Shown here: positions 1 through 10,518 of the stretch, piece by piece | Layout of the letters: the number at the start of each line of letters is the position of its first letter | How positions within the stretch are numbered: position 1 is the first letter of the stretch | DNA from: Vitrella brassicaformis CCMP3155 | Lineage: Eukaryota > Protista > Chromerida | Length of the DNA: 64,000 nt | Reading direction: 5' to 3' | Assembly: GCA_001179505.1 (NCBI GenBank) | Contig: CDMY01000319.1 | Location: 59,143-123,142 of the forward strand | Position numbers and translations under genes: made by a program | The notes under the pieces: model-generated | Told to the model about the DNA's origin: nothing | The model's input: the letters and a program-made list of their open reading frames with translations, nothing else | The model's database searches: none

Positions 1-1250
1 AGCGTGCGGGTGCGGGAGGGGGAGGGAGAGCAGGTCGACAACTTCCCGGTCTTCATATAGGGTACACAATGCGGCGGTATTTCCTGTGTCTGTTCATGTG
101 TGGATGGATGGATGGATGCATACAGATGCCATAGCCACGTTCCTTGAGAATCCGCGTTTCAAGGGGCAGCCCCCTAGCAGATTCATCATCTACCGGTCCG
201 TTTGTCGATGCCCATCCGCCTATTCGCGTTGGTTTACATGTGTCATGAATGCAGTGGTGGTCTGGGAGAGCGTCAGAAGCGTGCTGTCATTGACTTTGAG
301 CTGCCCATGATTGAGGAGGGGTTCAGGCAGCTGACGACTGACGAGTGGAAGCCCGAATGGGTCTACATCCTCGTCGATAGGAACGCCAGGCAAAGGTACG
401 CACACACACCCCAACACACATCTGCGCATCTGAGCATACGCAGAATGTATGCGGTGTATGGTCAGGTTTGCCGTGCGCAAGCCGGGTGGCGGCCCGCTCG
501 AGAACCCGCCGCCACTAACTGTGTTCGACCAAGGTAAGGTACACACAAACATATTCACATAACAGATAGACATTAGACATATCGACTTATCTTGGCCCCC
601 ACTGCACTGAGCAAATGCATCCAGCTGATCTGCTCATCTCTCTGTGCTGTGCTGTGCTGTGCTGTGCTGTGTGTGTCCTGTCTGTGCAGGTGTGACGGAC
701 AGCCACAATTATGCCTTCTACGGCTGCCACCAATTCGTCACTCAAGGCATGGATGCATCCATGGCAGTGATGGCACGACACACATACCTCCTCACCTGTC
801 ATGCGTGGCTGACAGGCACCGTGACGCCGACCAAGTATGAGGTGTACGGTCAGTCCGCCAACTGGGACGCCACAAAGAAGGTCGGCGTCGATGGCCTCTG
901 CCGCATCACCATGCAACTCAGCATACTGTACCAAAACTGGAGCGGTACACACGCACAGCTCTCACACGCACAGCTATCATATGGGATGGGCATGCCCTCA
1001 CGCACAGAAAGGGAGACATCTTCTCAAGAGGGGAGACGTGGAATGGTGGCGTCTGTGTGTTCTGCCACAGGTCCCGTTCGTGTGCCAGCGCCGGTCAAGT
1101 ACGCCGAGACGTAAGGACAAATGGACTTCAAGTCCAGTGGGGCCGTCACGGATGCGTATGTGGACCCTCAGGTGTGCGCTCAAGGTCACAGAAGCGCTGG
1201 ACAACCAGGTGCCATCAGACCAGCTGTCCACCAAGCTGTGGTTCTTGTGA
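1..1250 (+). CDS. PIWI-clade Argonaute, C-terminal PIWI domain (5'-truncated by the window edge)
   Basis: Spliced exons (~1-61, 126-195, 255-395, 466-533, 690-746, 816-944, 1071-1110, 1172-1250) give ...PSRFIIYRGGLGERQ...YILVDRNARQRFAVRK...ENPPPLTVFDQGVTDSHNYAFYGCHQFVTQGTVTPTKYEV...LSILYQNWSGPVRVPAPVKYAETCAL...KLWFL*. This follows the PIWI-domain motif order, and the NWSG..RVPAP and L.FL* endings are Piwi-like. An in-frame TAG lies at 58-60 (see findings). Confidence 0.88.
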
Positions 1251-1529
1251 GCAGACCTGTCGCAATAGAGGAGGGAGGGAGGGAGGGAGTTCATTTCAGT
1301 TGTCGATAGATAGCTATGGATGACGATCAAGTGATGCGCGCGTGAATGGTGGAGGTGTGTTGCATGTCGGCCAATCTTTCCTCAATCGATTCATTTGTCG
1401 ACTCTTTTAAATCGTCTCATCCATCCATTTGTCCATCCACACTCACTCACCCACTCACACGAATGAATGCACAGACACGTCAGTCGGTAGTCAGCATCAG
1501 AGTCAGTGTCATCCGTCTCTCTACTGTGG

Positions 1530-3595
1530 CTACTCGCGTGTGTGGGTGCGGTTGATGCACGAAGCGCACACGTCCAGCAGCGAGGCCATGGCTGGTGGAC
1601 AAGGCTGGCTGTCGCTGGGGTGAGGTGTTGGTCTGATCCCGCATCGCCGCCGCGCCTCGTCTTGCCTCGCTCGCAGCGACAGCCTCACATGGTCGAAGAC
1701 ATTGATGTGCTGACAGATACACACACACGCCACACACCATTCTCTTTCCCTGTGTCGGTGTGGTGTGGTTGGGTCGACAGGCTTATACGTACCTCGTTCC
1801 TGGCGTGTTGGATCGTTTCGTGGACCCAGTTCTCTGCGGCCACCTGCAGATGCCAGAGGGCGTCCAGGCCGGGCTGCGCGTTGAGGTCAGGCAGCCTGGT
1901 GCCCATCACGGTGACCTTCAGGCTGACACACACACACACACACATGTACACGGCGATAATGCATGCGTCTTTGTGGTGTGTCTTATGTGGGCTGACTGTG
2001 CGATCACACACTGCTCATACACCTGCACACACACACAGAAAGCCACACACACATATACACACACATGAGCTGTCTGTCTATGTTTGTGTGTGACTGACTG
2101 ACAGACTCACGTGGTACGGAAACCGTTGAGGCGCTCCTCTGTAGCCGCCCTGCTCGCCCGCCTCGCCATTTCTGCCGCTGTTGGTGCCGCTGTTGGTGGT
2201 GGTGGTGTCATGTGCACAGGGGGCAGGTGTGTGTGTCTGGTGGTGTGTGTGGTTGGGCGGGCATGATGCGGCGGCGTGGCTGCTCGACTGGCTGAAGGCA
2301 CTGACGAAGGAATCCAAATGGTCCCGTTCGACAGGCAGCAGGACGTCGTTGTAGTGGAGCAGGAGGTGGGACGACAGCGCGAGCAGGTCATGGACGGCAC
2401 TGGCCGACACGGCGCCCATCTGACGCATGGCTGCCTCGCGCTGCCCGATCTCCACCATCAGCTGTTGGGACTGGATGTGGCTCGGGTCGTGCATGGCGTG
2501 TGGCTGTGGCTGTGGCTGCACCTCTCCCTCTCCCTCCCCTCCCTCCCCACAGCTGTTGATGTTGTCAGCGGTGCGGCGTCTCTGGTTGTAGTAGGTGCGT
2601 GCCGCATTGACGAGCCAGTCGGGTGTGTTGGACAAGTACATCTCACTCAGACGACAGGCGACCACCCAAAGCCCCCTGCACACACACAGAGACAACAGAC
2701 GGGGAGAGAGGGGCAGTGAATGGATGGCGTTGCACGTGTATGTCTCTGTGTGTGTGTTGTGTACGTGTGCATCGGTGCTTGCGTACAGATGTGCCGCACA
2801 CGATGCGATTTTTTCCTTCTTGAGTGGCCACGTCACCTTCGTACACTCTGCACACACACACACACACACAGATTCATTCAACCATCTGTGTGGTGTATAT
2901 GAAATACCAGGCGCCAGCAGCGATCTGTTTGCTATGAACTTGAGCACGCCGAGCTCCGCTCGCCCCAACTCCAACGTCGAGCCAGACTGGTACGCTGGCA
3001 CCTGATGACACACTCATCACACCATCACGATACACACGTACTCGTGTGAGCCGTTCCCCCGTCTCCACGATCGTGTGTGTGTCAGGTGACCTCGCCCTCG
3101 GTGTCTTGCTCGAAGAGTTTGGCGATGGCTGTCTGGACTTGAGCCTCGGGCAACGACGACAAGAACTCCTGCACCGTTGTCATCTTGTTGTGCTGCTGCT
3201 GCTGCTGGTTGCTGCGGCCGGCGACACTCTGGGGCGGGCGGCCGCGCTTCTTGGGCTGGGCGTGGCTCGTGTTGGTGCTGATGTGTGTGCCTATGTCGGT
3301 GTGCGATGGGTGTGCCGGTGGGTGGAGGTCATGGCTGCTGATGGTGGTGAGCACACCCTTGTCATCGTCGTCGCTGCTGCTGTCGGCCTCCATCCCACGA
3401 TTCATCCAGACCTCCTGCACACAGAAGAGACAGACACACCGAGACACGCAGAGACAATCAATCAATCAATCATCCATTCGTTGCCTGCCTGTGTGTCTGT
3501 GTGTCTGTCTGTCTGCATGTAGGTACCTTCTCCAAGTCATGCAGCATGCTGTCAAAATCCTTTACTACGGCCGTAGCCTTTCGCTCAGTGACCAT
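1530..3595 (-). CDS. Hypothetical multi-exon protein with an AT-hook-like motif (PKKRGRPP)
   Basis: ATG at 3595 (MVTERKATAVVKDFDSMLHDLEK) splices in frame to EVWMNRGMEADSSSDDDD...QPKKRGRPPQS. Further GT-AG exons lie in ORFs 2078-3013, 1685-2011 and 1530-1733. No family recognised, and the 3' end is approximate. Confidence 0.55.
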
Positions 3596-3943
3596 GTCAG
3601 TGACTCGCGGAAGCATCTCTATCACTGTCGTCACTCAAGATGAAGAGCTGTCTATCGGCGGCCGATGATCGACTGACTCGCGAAGCAAATAGTATATGCG
3701 TATAAGCAAACGATCGGCCGATCGAAATACAAATGATCATGAACAGAACCGTTAATTCACACGAAGAGCCAGTGTGCACAACGATAATCATGTCTGCCTC
3801 TTGCATTCACACAACGCGCAGCTTATTACTCAATCAGGCATCACTCACTGTCCCCTCAGACTATGCACACGCACGGGCAGTTGTGAATTGTGCCTGCGAG
3901 GAAAAGGCAGGGAAGGAAAGAGACAGGAAGAGTTTTCGGTGAC

Positions 3944-6110
3944 TCACAGAAAGCTCTCGCTCGGTTTGCCCATCAGGGTGGCGGGAGCTCCCTTAGCGAC
4001 ACTTGTCTCCTCCGCCTCATCCAGCGGGTTGGACTGTGCACGTAAAGCGATCAGATGCTGAGACTCTCTTCGCACGTCACTTGATTGCCCTCTCGAAGCG
4101 AGTGTCATCGCCTCGGTGGCTTTGCTCTTCGTCTCATGAACAGCTGGCAGGACAGCTCTGCCCTCCCCAACGTCAGTGGAAAGCTCAATGGGGAGCGAAA
4201 TAGGAAACGAATCTGAGGAAAAGTCACGTTTCCCCATCATGTTGCGTCTTGTGGGTGTTGTTATGCGTGATTACCTGACCTTCGTGCCTCCAGTGATGGG
4301 CAGCCACACCGGCATTCTGTGCCATGCCAAAGTCCTCCAGTCCTCCTCCACTACTCGTATCACACTTCGCGAGAGCGTCAGGGCCTGAAGCATGAAGACA
4401 GGAAGATTGGCCGAGCCGCAGGATGTGTTTTCTTCTGTTTACCGCCGCCATGGTTGACGATGGGGAAAATTTGATTGAAGCGCAGCATCAGAAGCAGGAA
4501 GAATATCACCCAAAAAGAGAAATGCCATATCCAATACATATCGGGACTGACATCAGACATACACATCCACAGATCCGTTCCAGGCAGGTCGTCTCCGTCT
4601 CCACCCCTGCTATTGCTTACGTCGGTATGCCGTAGACAGACAGGTAAAAAAGAAAGCCACATCCCCATATGATGGCCAAGCTTATCGTCGCCCTGATAAT
4701 GTACCGGCAAGAAAACCAGCACACTGTGGTCCATGACCGCTTGTGTTATTGCGACGTACCACAGCCAGTGATATTCGAGTGACGGCCCAACCCCTGGGAG
4801 GGCGTAGTCAACCTGAAGAGTCAGCCACGTTGCAGAAAGATCAGCCACGTCAGTAGAGGGACGATTCATACCTGCAGTACGTGAGTGAGTATGACAACCA
4901 CCCAAAGCGTCACACACGCCAACAAGAAGCCGAAGAGTAGCTGCATGGGGGTACCATATCCTGAAGACACGGTACGATATGTTCTGCCTTATCCTGTCTG
5001 AGGCGGGTCACCTCCCGTCCAGCACATCCCGATCTTCGTCCCAGCGGCTATGATAATCGAAAGTTGAAGCAGTACCTATGAAACAAAAAGAAAATGCTCA
5101 CGTCTGGATTCGTCAGGACGGACAGCAATTGCACCTGGCAGTACGCAATGGAAGAATACTGGCATGAACAGCACTCGCGAAGAACGCGAAGACCCACGTA
5201 GTTCGAAACACGCCATGGATCACTACGAGTACAAACGATGTGTGCACATCAGATGCGCAGAGACGGAATGCGTACCGGCACTTTCTGATCGCGACGAAGG
5301 CGGTGGCAAAGGCCCAGAAGCCCTCAATGTAGGAAAACTCAGATATACGAGATCGGCGCACCGCATCGTCTCTGCAACAGAGTGCAAATATCAACCGTCC
5401 TGATTCCCTTTAGTTCCTTCTCACTGTGACTGGCACGTCATCCAGGTAGTTTCAAGGCTATCGCTGTTCCCGTACACTCGCCAGCCGTACAGTGACGCGT
5501 GGAAACTGCATTCAACATACAACCGGATGGCAAATCCGATGTGGTGCCGGCATTGACACTGACCCAAGGAAGTAAAGTGCCATATAGAGTGACATCCAAA
5601 CCGCTGCAAACACAAATCCACATCAACACGGGTACGTCACGTGCAACGCTCTCCTTACAGTTCCAGTGAATTCCCAGCAAACAACTCGCCCTTCTCGTCC
5701 TCGGGGAAGGATCGGCATCGCCCACGTCATCCTCATCTCGTGAAGGCGACTGCCTGGGGCCACTGAGGGCCACCGCCCGGGCCTGTGGGTGGCCTCTCAG
5801 CTGAGATTGTTGCGTCACGATGGATGTGAGTCGCGGGTGGGAGGACGGCCGCCGGTCTCGCCAGTGGAAGCACACCAAGATCAGCTGCACGGCGAGTAGG
5901 ACGTAAAAGATGTCGTGATGCACCTTTGTGCTGCCGTGGCAACTGGTGTAGTAGCGCATAGCTGCACACAACGGAGGATGAATGAATCCAAGATGCACGT
6001 GCCGGATTCATGATCTTACCGTCTGCGCTGACGTTTGAGAAGGTGATAGATATGGCGATGCACGCGACGGTGAGAACGAAGAAGAACATGGAGAGGTTCC
6101 CGAAAGCCAT
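3944..6110 (-). CDS. Putative multi-pass membrane protein of unknown family
   Basis: A chain of short GT-AG introns joins hydrophobic segments: MAFGNLSMFFFVLTVACIAISITF, DIFYVLLAVQLILVCFHW, SVWMSLYMALYFLG, GFWAFATAFVAI, VLLQLSIIIAAG, QLLFGFLLACVTLWVVILTHVL, YWIWHFSFWVIFFLLLML. Downstream exon phases are uncertain. Confidence 0.45.
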
Positions 6111-6136
6111 TTCCGCTTGGATTTCGGCAAGTTACA

Positions 6137-6153
6137 GGGTTAGGGTTAGGGTT
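6137..6153 (+). repeat. Short interstitial telomere-like repeat GGGTTAGGGTTAGGGTT
   Basis: Read directly: nearly three TTAGGG-register units, about 27 bp upstream of the minus-strand ATG at 6110. Confidence 0.6.
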
Positions 6154-6840
6154 CAAAGACCAAACCCGAGCCCCTCTGCAGACGTCTTATCTCCTCTCCG
6201 CCGCACACAGAGAAGAACGCCAAACACCACCGAGTACACCGCAACACCATGATTCATTCACGTATGTGTATGTATGTCTGCAGCAGTCTGTTTGTAGTTC
6301 TCTCACAGATGACCGTGTGTGGTGTGGTGTGGTGTGGTGGTTGTCTGTCTGTCTGTGTGTTGTGGCCGGTTTCCCTCCCTCCGTCCGTCTGCCTACGAGG
6401 AACCCTCACTCACCCGAGCGCATGTAGACGTGCAGCCATGCAGCCACAGCCAGAGTCAGCTTGGGCGGGCGAGGGGGTCATCTGTCTTATCTATCTGATT
6501 GTAATGGGCAGGCAAAACCCCTCATCACGTGTTCGGCCGCTCAGACAGACAAGCGAAACACGACACGCCACGACACGCCGACAGACAGCCCGTCTCCCTC
6601 CCTCCGCATATCTATCTGTTGTGTGTTTGTTTGCCCTCTATCTCTCTATCAACAGGGCAGCCCGCCTTCCCCGCTCTCTTGCCCCTTCACACCCAACAGC
6701 AACACTATACAACACACATGGACACAAACACAGACAGCATTTCAGCCAGCCAGCCAGCCAGACAGCTAGAAAGATGCATATATATATGCAGAGGGACAGG
6801 CAACAAGTATGAGTGAGTGCGTGCCCGGCCCGCCCTCTTA

Positions 6841-9045
6841 TCACGTGAGGACGACGTGCTCCACCAGCAAATCAGCATTGGTGGCGTAGAGGGACCGCCA
6901 CACCGCACCAAACGCCGACGCCCACCAACTCTTCTTGCCTGAAACACAAAGCACACACACACACACACACGCACACATCCACACATCCATCCAAACAATG
7001 CTTCCACGTCATTAGCGGCAACCTGACCCATCCATCCCTTCAGCCCTCCTCTCCCCTCACCAGGTTTGATCTCCTCCTCGTTGGCAGCCGCCACCCGGCG
7101 AATTCCCATCCACATGCCGCCCTCGGCGTATCCGTCGACGAAGCGCAGGGGCGATGGCGGCGCGAGCAGGGGTGGCGGGCTGGGAGGCCGCCGCAGCTCC
7201 ACCGCCATCGCGTCCAGCTTCTTCTGGTAAGCGTCGACCTCCCTCTTGCGCTCCGTTTCGCGAAGCTCACGCGCGAATCGCTCAAGGGCACTGACCAGCA
7301 CAGCACATATCCAAACGTCACTCACGTTTGTGTGTGTGTGAGAGAGTGTCGGTGTGTCTCACCTGGGCGCCCACGTGGGCGACAAGCATATCTCGCCCTC
7401 ACGCACCCCCACGCCCCCCTCCCTGCCCCCCTCTCCCCCACCAGCACCATCACTGACGTCTTCGTCACACAGGCCGAGCGACTTGGCCGACAGGGCGGGA
7501 GGACGCCGCTTCTTGTGCTTCTTCTTGCGATCCGTCGAAGCCGCCGCGGTGGACGCCGACGAGCTCTCCCCATCGCCATTGCCATTGCCCTCCTTCACTC
7601 CGCCACTGCCCGCCAAGCCCTCTGTCTTGTCTGTCAGGATGCTGGGTGAGAAGTTGATGGGCTCGCGGACGCGGTCGTATCCTTCCAGTCGGTCAGCCTC
7701 CTCCTCCAGAGAGGCCTTCAGGCGTCCTTGCTTGGACTTGATGAACCCTCGCATGGTGTCAGACGCGGCGAGCCCCTGGGAAGGGCTGCAGGGGATGGGC
7801 AACTCGGTGAAGGGCAGCGGGGGGAACCTTGTGTCCTCATCGATCGGCGATGGACCAAACTGAGACGACGACATGACACACATCAATAAGGTAAGGTTGA
7901 ACATGATAGCTAGTGTCATGGATACATTCGTCCATCCATTCCCATCGCTTTCGTACCGTGGCGTGACCCTTGGATTTGCCCACCAGCAGGCCTCCCTTGG
8001 CTGTGGGGGGCTGCAGCATGGTGTGCGGCTCCTCGAGCGGGTCGGCTTCCTCCAGCATGGCCTTCAGACTGCCCGGCCTGAAGGCCATAAAGCCTCGCAT
8101 GGGGTCGTGTGCAGACACCTCGTGTGCGGGGCTGCGGGGGATGGGCGAATCGTTGAAAGGCGACAAGGGAAAGGCTGGGCTCCGCGCATCGCCCAGCTCC
8201 CGACCGAACGGCTCAATCTGAGAGCAAGAAGGCACAGACAGAAACACAAGAAGCACATTGATCAGGTTGTGGTGCAGTGTGGCTGTCTGCTGTATCATTT
8301 CCTCACCACAGGAATCCCATAGCAGTTAGGTTTCCCCCTCAGCAGTCCGCCAGTGGCTGTCGAGGCCGACGCACTCTCACCGCAGCCTCCCTCCTCCCTC
8401 CCACCAATATCCGTCAGCCCACGCTCCTCCCCGGCCTCCTGACCCGTCACGCCAACTGCAAATAATCCCTTGAGACTGCCCGGTGCGAAGGTGATGGGTT
8501 GGCGCATCGTGACGGCCTCCTCCGCTGGTCGCCCCTTCTGCTCTTTGAGGCTGCCCGGCCCGAGCGAGAGCGCCTCGCGGATGGGGTCGAGGGCAGTGGT
8601 GTCAAGCGACTGGCGGGGGCTGAACCGAAATGGCGACTGGGCGCAGGGCGAGGGGTCCTCGTCTGTGGTGCTGGTGGTGATGCGACGCGTCGCCCGCAGA
8701 GAACCGCCGTCCTCCAAATCTTTGGGCGGCGCCGCCATCTCGAGCATGGCCTTGAGGCTGCCCGGTTTGAAGCACATGGCCTGTCGCATCAGGTCTGGCT
8801 CGGCCGCGCCGCCGTAGCTACGCGGACTGCAGGGAAGAGGTGATACCACAAAGGGCGACGGCGCACCGTGACCGTCCTCATCGGCAGCTGGGCAGTCTAG
8901 CAGAGAGGCCTGAAAGAGAAGCAGCGTTCGTTAACTTCTCCATGCATGCGGGCACAGTGTCGTCCCATGAGGCTCCCTGTGCCCCGACAGCGGCGGCATG
9001 CATGCCATCCCCAGTACTTACCGTGGCGGAAGTGTTGGCTTTCAT
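6841..9045 (-). CDS. Hypothetical low-complexity protein with 5-6 copies of an 'MR..(M/I).F.PGSLK' motif and a C-terminal coiled-coil
   Basis: ATG at 9045 (MKANTSAT) splices to ASLLDCPAADEDGHGAPSPFVVSPLPCSPRSY, then exons in ORFs 8295-8849, 7837-8298, 7359-7919 and 6705-7325. The last exon is GKKSWWASAFGAVWRSLYATNADLLVEHVVLT*, with TGA at 6841-6843. Confidence 0.65.
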
Positions 9046-9467
9046 CCGTCGTATGGGATTGTCAATTTGTCAATTGTGTGGAAAAGAGCTTGATCCATCA
9101 ATCGTTCTGACTTTCTAAAAAGCTCTGGAAACCGGACGCTTTGGGCGGGGAAACCGCTCAAGCTCTGTGAAACTCATTTGCTCTAACACAAATCGACAGT
9201 AGGCCTATATACGGAGGACGCTTTCCGCCCCGCTTAGAACCGTTCTAAGCGTCCTCGAGGCTCATCTTTCACCTCCCGTGACAGGTGTTCGTCGCGACGG
9301 ACACTCCGTGGGCGGAAAGGATAAGTAAGGCCTCGCGGAGGGAGCTCTCCACCCCGTGTTATGCAGGTAGGACGCCTCACCACAACACCAGGGCATGCAG
9401 ACATGGCGGAAGGGCAGGAGTGTGGTCAGATCTTCCGGTTCGTTTGCCGCGATATTGTGTCCTGCAG

Positions 9468-10518
9468 ATGACGGGCAGTCTGATGCCTTCTAACGCGTCC
9501 CAGGCGGCTGGCAGAGGTGCCGGTAAGCCACAGGAAGGATGACAGACACTGCCGTGCGTGTGTGGACGCGATCCCTCTTTCCTCCCTCGGTGCGGTGTGT
9601 GTGTTCTGCGTTAACAGGTTTTGCGTTTGGTTGGTGTGCTCCTTCTCCGAGTAGCGTTGGCGTGAGCAGCAGCGGCGGCAGTATGATGGCGTTCCCCCCG
9701 GCCGCGTCCATGGCCCCTCCCACCAGCACCAGCACCGCACACATGGACGTCGACCACCCCCACACCTCGCCCTCCCCCTCCACATCCCTGCTCGCCATCA
9801 CTGACGCGCCACTCACATACGTCCCCAGCGCCACCTGGCCTGTGCGTGTGCCCACCGTGGCACACACCCACCAGCACCAGCAGCACCAGCATGAGAGTTC
9901 CATGGCCGCCGCGTCGCACTCGGGCAATGTGGACATGAAGGCATCGCACCACGATACGCCGCAGCATTCCACGGCTCAGCAGGTAGGCTTGTTTGGTTTG
10001 GTGGGGATGAGTGAGTGCGAGAGGAACTCGTCGAGTCTTGTGTGGCCTGCCTGCGGTGTTATGTTGTGCTGTGTTGTGTTGTGCTGTGTTGTGTTGTGTG
10101 CAGGGTGGCACGTCGTGGCACTGCCCGTACGAGGTGCTGCAGCCCGCGCGTGCGCCCAAGCGCCGTGCCGATATGATTGAGGTCGCTATGGACGCGGACA
10201 TGATGACCGATAACGTTAAGGTGAGTGAGTGGGGAGAAACCTACACACACACACACACACGCACACAGACACACACACGCACAGGCGGCGTGACTGGAGT
10301 GCGTGTGTTGGTGTGTTCAGGAGCTGATGGATCGCCCGTATAAGGCGCAGAGGACCGTCGAGATGGTCCGAGCACTGCATTGGTGGGCCGACCACACCAC
10401 GCACAAAGAACGAACGCTGACAGACAGACTGTTTGTTCACCACCTGCCTGTTCGCCGTGTGTGTGTGTGTGTGGATGATGTTGCAGCTAAGTTGTTGAGT
10501 GAGGCATTGGCTAAGTGA
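9468..10518 (+). CDS. Hypothetical protein (Ser/His/Pro-rich)
   Basis: MTGSLMPSNASQAAGRGA|GFAFGWCAPSPSS...STAQQ|GGTSWHCPYEVLQPARAPKRRADM...NVK|ELMDRPYKAQRTVEM, joined by GT-AG introns. The stop is at 10498 or 10518 depending on the last intron. Confidence 0.5.

Noticed and set aside
58-60. A reassigned genetic code (TAG as a sense codon)
   Set aside because: All other genes splice cleanly under the standard code, and several end in TAG (e.g. 15829, 42373, 43891). One TAG does not support reassignment.
9618-10170. Resemblance of GFAFGW...PKRR to the N-terminus of Sts1/Cut8
   Set aside because: It rests on about six residues, and the downstream Cut8 helical domain is not visible.
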